The translations under genes were made by a program, and so were the position numbers. This document shows, piece after piece, positions 38,234-46,443 of a stretch of DNA of 64,000 nucleotides. Position 1 is the stretch's first letter. Each line of letters starts with the position of its first letter. This DNA comes from Candidatus Undinarchaeota archaeon (GTDB lineage Archaea > SpSt-1190 > JASMDC01): positions 125,249 through 189,248 of the forward strand of contig CAZFHY010000003.1 in assembly GCA_964519305.1 (NCBI GenBank), read 5' to 3'. The notes under the pieces are model-generated. The model searched no databases and was not told where the DNA came from. It worked only from the letters and a program-made list of their open reading frames with translations.

Positions 38234-38848
38234 ATGAGCGAACTGGGAGCGATATCGGACGAGATAGTGGCCCGCATCCGCGCCGGGGCCGTGGTCGTAT
38301 ACCCCACAGATACTGTGTACGGTATCGGCTGCGTTCTGGACGATGACGCGGTCGAGCGTGTGTACGAGGCCAAAGGACGTGAAGAGGGCAAGCCCATGTC
38401 CATCGCCGTCCCCCGCGTGGAGGATGTCGCACATTATGCACGGCTCGTGAACGTCGATACTCTTGATGGATTGCTACCCGGCGCCGTTACTGTGGTGCTT
38501 CCACGTACCGATATTGTACCGGACAGAGTGACCGCTGGCGGGACAACGATCGCTGTGAGGGTCCCTGACCATCCTCTTGCACTTGAGCTGGTCCGACGGG
38601 CAGGCCCTCTCGTCGCCACATCAGCGAACAAGTCAGGGATGCCTGCAGCGACCACCTGCGAGGAAGCAAAGCGGCAGCTGGGCTCGGCGGTAGATATTTA
38701 TATCGATGGCGGCCCCTGTGGGGGCAACCTGCCCTCCACTGTCGTGGACCTGATTAACGGGACCATACTCAGGGAGGGCGCATCTGCACCGGAGGTCCGA
38801 GAATGGATGATACGACACTGGAAAGGTACGTCAGGGCCGGAGAGATAG
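38234..38848 (+). CDS. tsaC: L-threonylcarbamoyladenylate synthase (YrdC/TsaC, single domain)
   Basis: YPTDTVYGIG, KGR, PGAVT, AVRVP, TSANKSG and PSTVVD. Confidence 0.93.
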   Translation: MSELGAISDEIVARIRAGAVVVYPTDTVYGIGCVLDDDAVERVYEAKGREEGKPMSIAVPRVEDVAHYARLVNVDTLDGLLPGAVTVVLPRTDIVPDRVTAGGTTIAVRVPDHPLALELVRRAGPLVATSANKSGMPAATTCEEAKRQLGSAVDIYIDGGPCGGNLPSTVVDLINGTILREGASAPEVREWMIRHWKGTSGPER

Positions 38849-39696
38849 CACGAAAAGCCTTGGACGTGGCGGCCGGACGCGTGGCCGTGGGCGTCAAACT
38901 GGCGGACGTGGCCTCCGAGGCAGAAGGCATCATCAAGGACCTGGGTGCCGGTATCGCTTTCCCCATGAACATCTCGATCGATGCCATCGCAGCTCACTAC
39001 ACACCGTTGCCTGACGATCCAAAAGTGTTCGAGCGTGGGCAGATAGTCAAGCTCGATCTGGGTGCGCATGTCGACGGATGTATAGCTGACACCGCGTTGA
39101 CGGTCGAGGTTGGTACCAGTGACAATACCCCGATGGTGAACGCCTCTCGGGAGGCGCTCCGGGCCGCTATCGAGCTGGTGCAGCCGGGCGTACGTCTCGA
39201 GCACGTCGGTAAGGTAATCGAGGATACCATACGTGACGCTGGATTCTCCCCGATCATCAACCTCACAGGACATACGATGCGCTCATGGGAGCTCCACGCC
39301 GGAAAGTCCGTCTACAACGTTAGGCGCCCTGGGACCACGATCCTTGAGAAGGGTGAGGTCGTTGCGATCGAACCCTTCGCGACCGATGGAGAGGGCCGCG
39401 TGGGGGACAGCAGTAGATCGGACATCTACCGTATCATCGGCCCGGGAAAGGTCCGTATGCGTACTGCTCGCAAGATATTGGACACCGTGCTAAAAGAGTA
39501 CCGGACCTTGCCGTTCGCTCGGCGAATGCTGGTGAAGAAGTACGGCCTTGCACAGACTACCATCGCACTCAAGCAACTGGTGGTCTCGCACACGGCCCAT
39601 AACTACCCGATCCTCAAAGAACATGGGGACGGTCTCGTGACGCAGGCGGAGCACACGGTCGTCGTGCTCGATGATCCGATCGTCACGACAGGATGA
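38803..39696 (+). CDS. map: Type II methionine aminopeptidase
   Basis: AFPMN, AAHYTP, KLDLGAHVDG.IADTA, NLTGH, LHAG, AIEPFAT and QAEHT. Confidence 0.95.
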   Translation: MDDTTLERYVRAGEIARKALDVAAGRVAVGVKLADVASEAEGIIKDLGAGIAFPMNISIDAIAAHYTPLPDDPKVFERGQIVKLDLGAHVDGCIADTALTVEVGTSDNTPMVNASREALRAAIELVQPGVRLEHVGKVIEDTIRDAGFSPIINLTGHTMRSWELHAGKSVYNVRRPGTTILEKGEVVAIEPFATDGEGRVGDSSRSDIYRIIGPGKVRMRTARKILDTVLKEYRTLPFARRMLVKKYGLAQTTIALKQLVVSHTAHNYPILKEHGDGLVTQAEHTVVVLDDPIVTTG

Positions 39697-39713
39697 ATCC
39701 GGCGAGAAAGCCC

Positions 39714-40715
39714 CTATTCCTCGGACACTTCGTCCTTGATATGGATGGCTTCCGCGGCCAGCCGTGTGCCGAGAATCGCATTGCGCACGGAAGAGACATA
39801 GTGGGCCATCTTACCCGAGTTCAGCCTTTCACCATCCTCGTCCCTGAGGTGGTCGAGCACGCGCATGATACCGGTCGCGCCACCCCCGTAGCTGTTGGCG
39901 ACCGATGTGACGGCACCTAGTTCCATCTCGATCGCGTCGTAACCCTGTTCGAGCAGCTGGTCAACGCGCTCCGGTGTCTCTTCACGGATGAATCCGCTGG
40001 CATCGTAGACACGGCCGTTCTTGAGCACGATATCGAGCGAGTCGGACGCCTCCAGCAGCGCACCGTTCATGTCCTCGCTTATCTGTGTATCTGACTGGTA
40101 GATATCGGGTATCGGTGATTGGGTCCCGACCTTGCCCTCTGTATAGAACAGTTCGCCCGGTTTCACCTGTTCACTGATGCCCCCGGCCGAGCCGATGTAG
40201 TAGAAGTTACGGGCGCCGCCCCTGCAGAGCGCGTCCGTGAGGATGGCGGTCTCTTCCTGGCCGCGAGGTGCGGCGACGAGGCCCATGCGGGTTCCCTTGT
40301 AGTTGATGATCTTGTGGGTCTTGGTGAAGGACTTCTCCACCTTGGCGCCGCTGGGGATGTTGTACGAGGCCTGGAAGACCATGATGTAGTCCTGAGGGAT
40401 GTCGATGTCGTCCAGCGGGGATCCCGAGGATTCGCTCGATGACTTGGCCTCACGTTTGTTATCGATATACGTGGCCAGCTTCTCGGCACCGTTCAGACAC
40501 GCGTCCTGCCAGCTAGTTGGGAGATAGCGTGTGAAAGCACAGAGGAGGCTCGTGCTCAAGCCACCGCCGCGCTTGGGGCTGCCATAGAGCCCTTCCTTCT
40601 TGATGTAGCCAGCAAGGGCCGATTCCCTTTCGACTGGGTCCTGTATGCCTGCGAAGTACCCCGCGAATGTGGGATCACTGGCATCCATTGTCGGTTCCCG
40701 GTCGAGATCGTACAT
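39714..40715 (-). CDS. Divergent nucleoside phosphorylase/nucleosidase (PNP_UDP fold) with a ~110-aa N-terminal extension
   Basis: IGSAGGIS..VKPGEL, FIRETPERV...GYDAIEME and RVLDHL. Confidence 0.75.
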   Translation of the reverse strand: MYDLDREPTMDASDPTFAGYFAGIQDPVERESALAGYIKKEGLYGSPKRGGGLSTSLLCAFTRYLPTSWQDACLNGAEKLATYIDNKREAKSSSESSGSPLDDIDIPQDYIMVFQASYNIPSGAKVEKSFTKTHKIINYKGTRMGLVAAPRGQEETAILTDALCRGGARNFYYIGSAGGISEQVKPGELFYTEGKVGTQSPIPDIYQSDTQISEDMNGALLEASDSLDIVLKNGRVYDASGFIREETPERVDQLLEQGYDAIEMELGAVTSVANSYGGGATGIMRVLDHLRDEDGERLNSGKMAHYVSSVRNAILGTRLAAEAIHIKDEVSEE

Positions 40716-40818
40716 GACAATCGCCTATGTTACTACTTTTGTGTGAATGCCAGCCGGCACGGCCGCTATTTAAATGTTCCATTGGTACTAAAGTGTGCTA
40801 ATTAGTTGCACGGACCGG

Positions 40819-41607
40819 TCATTCGTGCCGATCGCCCACCAATCCTTCGAGCTTGTGCCACTGACGTACAAGGAAATGGGGTATGATACCGCCATACCGG
40901 CCTGCCGTGAAGACTGACTTTTCGATGAGGTCCTCGTTTTCCCGAGTCCTGTGAGGTTCACATCTACCCTCCCTGATCGCGTCGAGCACATCATCGACGG
41001 AGCCGACGTCCTTCGGTAGCAATGTCATCCCCAGGCCGAGACCCCAGGGTTCGTGGGCATCAGAACCGCCCGTGGACGGGTAGCCGAGCACGTCAACGAG
41101 CTCTTCTCCCCGTTTGTTACCGTTCATAGGCATGGTCAAGCGGGCATTATAGGCCTCGACTGCGTCGAATGGGACTGGCCCCAGTCCACCCTCATCTGGT
41201 GATGTAAACAGTCTATCTGCTAAGGAACCGTACACATATGGATGGGCGAGAACGGCTACACCGCCCTTGTCATGGATATCGTCCACGGTATCGGCCCATG
41301 AACGTCCCGGCCCTATGGGCTCGTACACCCCCAGGGCGAGAACGTGACCCTGTGCCGTCGATACTTCCATCCCCGGGACGACGATGAATCCCGGATACTT
41401 CTCGGCCTCCTTCAATGCCCGCTCGTATCCGTCGAGGGTATCGTGATCCGTAATAGCAATACCGGAGAGGCCACGTTGATATGCCTCCCGGACGACCGCT
41501 TCGGGGCTCCTGAGCCCGTCCGAGCAGTACGTATGGGAGTGGAGCTCGAACACGGAATACTCGCCTATGAGCGAGTCGGTCTCATGTCGGACCATCTCAC
41601 GGAACAT
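40819..41607 (-). CDS. PHP-family phosphoesterase
   Basis: ELHSHTYCSDG, AITDHD, GMEVST..GHVL, AHP and GGSDAH. Confidence 0.92.
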   Translation of the reverse strand: MFREMVRHETDSLIGEYSVFELHSHTYCSDGLRSPEAVVREAYQRGLSGIAITDHDTLDGYERALKEAEKYPGFIVVPGMEVSTAQGHVLALGVYEPIGPGRSWADTVDDIHDKGGVAVLAHPYVYGSLADRLFTSPDEGGLGPVPFDAVEAYNARLTMPMNGNKRGEELVDVLGYPSTGGSDAHEPWGLGLGMTLLPKDVGSVDDVLDAIREGRCEPHRTRENEDLIEKSVFTAGRYGGIIPHFLVRQWHKLEGLVGDRHE

Positions 41608-41628
41608 GGGACATCACCGCCGCATCGA

Positions 41629-42672
41629 TCAGCAAGGATCGCCGCGTATCTTCTCCTTGAGCGCGTTCCGCTCCTGCCGAAGATTCTGGAGCTTTTCGTT
41701 CACGTCGATGAGATCGTCGACGGACATCCCTTGATAGATGAGACCTTGGTCATAATCCGGGATGAGCGTCTCCCGATGGTACTTTGCGTAATCGAGGTTG
41801 AAGACTGACTCTTCCAGGATGGTCCCTATGTACCGTGGTCCATACTTGAGGGCCCGTCCGATGTTCGCGAGCGTGAAATCACCAGAACCTCGTTTCTCGA
41901 TGCTCCGAAAGACGTTGAGGAATGGTGTGGCGATCTTGCGGCCGAAGCCCTTCACGATGGGATTGTGCAGAATGCCCCCTCCCCGCTCGCCGGTGTACTC
42001 ATAGAGCGGATTCTCTCCATCCTCAATCTTGCGTATCCTGCCCTCCTTCTCGAGCCTGTCGAGCGCCGGTTGGTATGACTCACGGATCCTGTCTAGCATT
42101 GAGGGGAGATTACCGCGTTCACGTACACGCTCCAGACGCTCTGTGAACACGGGGAGTGTTAGCACGTGCTGGACGAGCTTCGTGTCGGCCACATCATTGC
42201 GATAGAAGTTTACCGGTACGTCCGGTTCGACGTCACGCGCGAGGTATGCGATATCATCGAGGACATCACATGTGAGATCGTACTTGTTCTCGGCGTCGAC
42301 CTGGGCGACGTATTCGCGACCGATAGGGGCTTCGTATCCGAACACGGTCGTGTTGATGTGCTCCGAGGTCTTGGCGAGGGAATCTTTCATGTTACGCTCG
42401 AAGCGCTGTTGTGTATGGGCTATCACATGGAGCTCGATACCGTCCACATAGCTCATCTCCATACCGGTCTCCTGCTCGTAGCCCTCATTGAGCACGACGA
42501 AGCAGTCGAGGTCAGAAGCATGCTTCTCGTACCCGTTGACCCTTGAACCGTAGAACATCACGGCCTTGATGGCCTCCTCCCCGTAGCGGTCCGTAATCTC
42601 CTCGACCGCATCGTTCAGTATCATGGTGTTCGCTGCCGTCAACAGCATCGGCTCGACCATGTACTGTGTCAT
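41629..42672 (-). CDS. Pol-beta superfamily nucleotidyltransferase-domain protein with a helical C-terminal region
   Basis: FYGSRVNG.....SDLDCFVV and a third acidic strand, IELHV. GGTGA SD. Confidence 0.82.
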   Translation of the reverse strand: MTQYMVEPMLLTAANTMILNDAVEEITDRYGEEAIKAVMFYGSRVNGYEKHASDLDCFVVLNEGYEQETGMEMSYVDGIELHVIAHTQQRFERNMKDSLAKTSEHINTTVFGYEAPIGREYVAQVDAENKYDLTCDVLDDIAYLARDVEPDVPVNFYRNDVADTKLVQHVLTLPVFTERLERVRERGNLPSMLDRIRESYQPALDRLEKEGRIRKIEDGENPLYEYTGERGGGILHNPIVKGFGRKIATPFLNVFRSIEKRGSGDFTLANIGRALKYGPRYIGTILEESVFNLDYAKYHRETLIPDYDQGLIYQGMSVDDLIDVNEKLQNLRQERNALKEKIRGDPC

Positions 42673-42682
42673 CGATATTCAC

Positions 42683-43432
42683 CTAGATAGTATTGAGGAA
42701 GAGGTTCCTGAGTGTCTTATCGCCCAGTTCGTCACGTACCTGCTGCTGCATTTCCGCGACCTCGGGATCGTCCGTCCCCTCGAACTGGAGGTAGAGCTTC
42801 TGGTTCTTCGAGTATGTGTTGTAGACACGGCGGGCCGCGTCGACCGCGAGCAGTCCCCCGATGATTGGATTGCCCGTGAGGGCGAGGATACCGGCACCTT
42901 CAAGCTCCACGAGCCCGAGCAGTGCTTCGTTGATGTAGCTATGCTCGTGCACTTCGGTCTGCCCGTGTACCTGTCCGTCTGCCGTGTCGAACTTGATCTG
43001 CATCTCCTTTATCCTGGCGCCCTCGAAATCGACGATCTCCTTTATGTCGTCGATCGAGCATACAGTGGGTGATGAGTAGGTGGATGTGTGGTGGTCGTAG
43101 TGTCCCACATCGTTGTGGTCAGCGTCCTTGTCTATCACGTTGACGTAATCAGTGGCTGCGTCCTTGACGATGATACTGGTGCGGTCATCATACTCGATCT
43201 CGAACATGTAAGAGGTGATTGCGAGGTCCCCGTGACCGTTCTCAAGGAAATAGCTGCGTATGCTGTCCACGTTGTCGCGGACCTTCTCTCCCTCGAAGGC
43301 CTTCTTTTTGAAGAGGATACCTCGGGTAACACCGTAGATCATAGTGAGGTCGTCCACCTTGTATGTAGCGTCCGCTGCCATGTCGGCTGTTTCTTGCTGA
43401 TGGACAGGGTCGAGCTCGTACATCCTCTTCAC
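42683..43432 (-). CDS. Hypothetical acidic protein with a C-terminal hydrophobic hairpin
   Basis: 249-aa ORF in the operon with a GTGA overlap. GAGILALTGNPIIGGLLAV segment. Confidence 0.75.
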   Translation of the reverse strand: MKRMYELDPVHQQETADMAADATYKVDDLTMIYGVTRGILFKKKAFEGEKVRDNVDSIRSYFLENGHGDLAITSYMFEIEYDDRTSIIVKDAATDYVNVIDKDADHNDVGHYDHHTSTYSSPTVCSIDDIKEIVDFEGARIKEMQIKFDTADGQVHGQTEVHEHSYINEALLGLVELEGAGILALTGNPIIGGLLAVDAARRVYNTYSKNQKLYLQFEGTDDPEVAEMQQQVRDELGDKTLRNLFLNTI

Positions 43433-43632
43433 TCCAAAAAGCCGTTGTCGTCAGCATAGGCAATGGCGGCCAGGGCCAATCCGCCCGCACCGGCGAGCGC
43501 GGCACCGACCAGTGCGATGCGACAATAGTGGTTGGGTTTCATGTCATAGGCCACGGCGGTCGATTCGACTGCATCCGCGTGGCCGTATTCGATCGTTTCA
43601 AGTTCGTTGAGGTACATCCTTCCCGTCACCAT
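43429..43632 (-). CDS. Small hypothetical single-TM protein
   Basis: IALVGAALAGAGGLALAAIAY. First gene after the TTATAAG element at about 43670. Confidence 0.65.
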   Translation of the reverse strand: MVTGRMYLNELETIEYGHADAVESTAVAYDMKPNHYCRIALVGAALAGAGGLALAAIAYADDNGFLE

Positions 43633-43821
43633 TCACTAATTGATAGTGACGACGCCGTGAGGACCCCCTTATAAGCCTTCCCTTGTGCGATTGCGGATTT
43701 CGTTATGATCCTTTCCATTCTGCTAGAAATCACTGAATTGTCCAAAGAAGTTCCTGACGAGTACGGGTCTTCGCTCCCGCCTCCCAAATAGATTTAAAGC
43801 AGACCATCATAACGGACGCCA

Positions 43822-44538
43822 ATGCCACTTCTCAAGTTCATCGACCGGTGCGAGAAGGAGGATATTATGTCTTCCACCGCCAGTGGTGTCACTGTGCTCA
43901 CCGAGATCCTCAGATGTCGAGGGTGGGAGGTCGAGAAACACCAGGGCACGGTCGATTCCGGTGTCCTTGAAGAGCCGGACGTCATCATCGTTGCTTATCC
44001 GACCGAATCGTTCAGTGGTGAAGAGATAGAAGCTATGATGCAATTCGTTAATGCGGGAGGAGGTCTTTTCCTCGTCGGTGAATGGGGAAACGTGCACGAG
44101 AACGCCGACACTCTAAATTCCATCGCGCATAACTTCAGCATCTCCTTCAATGGCGACCGGATCTGTGATCCCACATATTACATCCGCAAGGGTCTCAAGG
44201 GCAAGGTGTTCGACGTTCCCGTGTTCAACCTAAGGCCCCATGCTATCACGGAGGGTGTCAAGTCCTTCCGTATCGTCTCCGCGTGCTCGTTGACAGCACC
44301 CTATGACAACATTATCGCCTGGGGGAGCAAGGAGTCATTTGCGGACCTCGACTTTGATAGTGAGCTGGACGCCTTCGAAACAGGCCAGTACGTGCCTGTG
44401 TTCGCAGTGGCCACCTATGGGAACGGACGTGTCGCTGCTGTAGGGGACCTTTCCTGGCTCTCGAACGAGTACATTATCAACATGGGGAACGCCCAGCTCG
44501 CGCTCAACACCCTTTCGTGGCTGACCAAGCGACTGTGA
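43822..44538 (+). CDS. Class I GATase-like / GldG-IFT52 (DUF4350-type) domain protein
   Basis: DVIIVAYPTESFSGEEIEAMMQFVNAGGGLFLVGE, HAITEGV and GRVAAVGD...N..LALN. TTTAAA at 43793. Confidence 0.78.
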   Translation: MPLLKFIDRCEKEDIMSSTASGVTVLTEILRCRGWEVEKHQGTVDSGVLEEPDVIIVAYPTESFSGEEIEAMMQFVNAGGGLFLVGEWGNVHENADTLNSIAHNFSISFNGDRICDPTYYIRKGLKGKVFDVPVFNLRPHAITEGVKSFRIVSACSLTAPYDNIIAWGSKESFADLDFDSELDAFETGQYVPVFAVATYGNGRVAAVGDLSWLSNEYIINMGNAQLALNTLSWLTKRL

Positions 44539-44543
44539 ACCCC

Positions 44544-45056
44544 ATGGGCGAGGACCCGCTGCTCGAGCGCATAGAGGGCTGGTGCACCGACGAATCGGTA
44601 CCGGCCGAAAGGTTCGATGATGATTCCATTGCATGGGGGCTCCATCTACGATACCCGCCTTCCAATCCCAAGAGGATCGACGTGCTCTGTCCTAAAGACC
44701 GGGAGGGTGTCCTGATCCTCTTCACCGGAGTGCACCTTGCACCGGGTCAGGTCGACGTCCTGAAGGCCATGAACACACCTACGCGTCAGGACCTCGTATG
44801 GGACCTGTACATGTTCCTCGTATCTCGAGGTGTGTTCTCTTCCTTCCATCGAACAGAGGGCATTCTCACACGAGTTCAGTTCCAACATGAGCTATTCTTC
44901 GATGACCTCGACCGGCCATCGTTCCTTGGAGGTCTGCGGGAGAGCTATTCGACCCTGATGTGGCTCATCTCAGCGGTCCAACGTGCATGCGGAGCAGAGC
45001 GCGGTCGCAAGGTAGGGAACGCTCCCCCGGACGAAGAGCTACCTATGTTCCGGTAA
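44544..45056 (+). CDS. Hypothetical protein, DUF2299-like
   Basis: IEGWCTDE...LHLRYP...IDVLCPKDR...LFFDDLDRPSF resembles archaeal DUF2299. Confidence 0.6.
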   Translation: MGEDPLLERIEGWCTDESVPAERFDDDSIAWGLHLRYPPSNPKRIDVLCPKDREGVLILFTGVHLAPGQVDVLKAMNTPTRQDLVWDLYMFLVSRGVFSSFHRTEGILTRVQFQHELFFDDLDRPSFLGGLRESYSTLMWLISAVQRACGAERGRKVGNAPPDEELPMFR

Positions 45057-45213
45057 GCGGAGCAGTTCGTCCCCGATCGTGAATAATCCAACATGTCTTT
45101 GGAGCGGGGCATGGATTTCCACGTATTTTGCTCCACAGCGAGAATAAAGGCGCCAGATTCGGTAGAAAATGGTCGAAAAAGCGGAAACGTATTAATAGGA
45201 GCAAGGACACTAT

Positions 45214-45399
45214 ATGGTCGTGCTTTCGAACATAGCACAGATCATGGACCCGCGGGATGGGGATTTCGATTGGTCCGATGAACATGGTAAGCCAGCGACC
45301 CTCATCAAGACATGTGAGCGATGCGGCAAGGTCATCAAGGGGAAGGAACGGTTCTGCAAGGAGTGCCGTGACGACACCATGATGGCGACCTTCGACTGA
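45214..45399 (+). CDS. Small zinc-finger protein (CxxC-x10-CxxC)
   Basis: CERCGKVIKGKERFCKEC. ATTAATA element upstream. Confidence 0.65.
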   Translation: MVVLSNIAQIMDPRDGDFDWSDEHGKPATLIKTCERCGKVIKGKERFCKECRDDTMMATFD

Positions 45400-45506
45400 A
45401 GCGGCTTCCACTGATAAGGCCGGGACCGCCCTTTCACCCGGGACCCAGCCACATCCTTTTATCTCTATTCTGTCTCAGGGTACACAGTGCGCACGAGGTG
45501 ACCTTG

Positions 45507-46187
45507 ATGACACAGGACAAGGAGAAGGCCGCATCCGCTGCCCTGAAGGAGGTCCGGGACGGGATGGTGCTCGGGCTCGGAACAGGTTCGACGACCGCTC
45601 TATTCCTCGAACGCCTTGCTGATAAGGCCCGCAACGAGGATCTGGAGCTGTGCGGGGTGCCCACATCGATACAAACGGCACATCTTGCCACTAGACTGGG
45701 TTTCCGTATCGTTACTCTCAATGAAGTGGACGTAGTGGACCTGGCTGTGGACGGGTGTGACGAGTTCGACGCCGAGCTCGACCTGATCAAGGGGCGAGGC
45801 GGGGCCATGGTCCGGGAGAAGGTCGTTGACTATGCCGCAAAGCGCCTTATCATCCTTGCTGATTCCTCAAAGCGTGTAGGACAATTGGGTGAACGAGTGC
45901 CCGTGCCGGTAGAAGTGCTCCCATATGCCTGGCCGGCAGTTGCCCGGGAGATCGAAGAGATGGGGGCCAAGTGGGCCCTGCGTGAAGGTACGGCAAAGGA
46001 CGGCCCTGTAGTGACCGACAACGGAAATCTCATTCTGGATGCCAGGTTCGGTCTGATAGATGATCCCCAAGCACTGGAGCGTAGACTAGCAGCCATCCCG
46101 GGTGTTCTCGGGAGCGGTCTTTTCACTGGCCACGTAGATATCGTGTACTGCGGGACCAAGGATGGTGTAGACGTGATAACGCGGTAG
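45507..46187 (+). CDS. rpiA: Ribose-5-phosphate isomerase A
   Basis: LGLGTGST, PTS, DGCDE, IKGRGGA..REK, PVEV and TDNGN. GAGGTG SD. Confidence 0.96.
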   Translation: MTQDKEKAASAALKEVRDGMVLGLGTGSTTALFLERLADKARNEDLELCGVPTSIQTAHLATRLGFRIVTLNEVDVVDLAVDGCDEFDAELDLIKGRGGAMVREKVVDYAAKRLIILADSSKRVGQLGERVPVPVEVLPYAWPAVAREIEEMGAKWALREGTAKDGPVVTDNGNLILDARFGLIDDPQALERRLAAIPGVLGSGLFTGHVDIVYCGTKDGVDVITR

Positions 46188-46206
46188 TCCGACGCCCAGA
46201 GATAGC

Positions 46207-46214
46207 TTTTTAAG
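46207..46214 (+). promoter_or_regulatory. TATA box of tRNA-Met
   Basis: TTTTTAAG about 24 nt upstream of the mature 5' end. Confidence 0.55.
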
Positions 46215-46237
46215 AGTTGATGGTACCCCGCCCAAAC

Positions 46238-46353
46238 GCCGGGGTAACTCAGTTGGTTAGAGTGCCAGACTCATAAGGCCCGGAGGGCCTAGGTCAATAC
46301 CCTGTGGGCACTGAGCCATCTGGAAGCCGCGTGTTCGAGTCACGCCCCCGGCA
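46238..46353 (+). tRNA. tRNA-Met(CAT), elongator type, with a 42-nt intron (46276-46317) at 37/38
   Basis: Acceptor stem GCCGGGG/CCCCGGC, D arm ACTC/GAGT, anticodon stem CCAGA/TCTGG, CAT at 46272-74, T arm GCGTG-TTCGAGT-CACGC. BHB helix CTCA/TGAG with TAA and CCA bulges. CCA end not encoded. Confidence 0.93.
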
Positions 46354-46395
46354 TACATTACCACCTAGGGATAGCTGTACCAATCTAAAGGTGGG

Positions 46396-46420
46396 GGGAG
46401 GGAGGCAAAGCCTCCCTCCC
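46396..46420. terminator. Perfect 11-bp hairpin between the convergent tRNA and the giant gene
   Basis: GGGAGGGAGGC-AAA-GCCTCCCTCCC. Confidence 0.7.
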
Positions 46421-46443
46421 GTCTGATCCCAGCCCCTTCTTAC

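Noticed and set aside
41629-42672. MNT-HEPN toxin-antitoxin pair, CCA-adding enzyme or classical CBASS
   Set aside because: There is no adjacent HEPN (Rx4-6H) gene and the protein is far longer than an MNT. I could not recognise CCA or CD-NTase-specific motifs or canonical Cap genes.
46272-46274. tRNA-Ile2(CAT) or initiator tRNA-Met
   Set aside because: It lacks the initiator A1-U72 pair and the GGG/CCC anticodon stem. The GCCGGGG acceptor stem plus a 37/38 intron best fits elongator Met, although Ile2 is not fully excluded.
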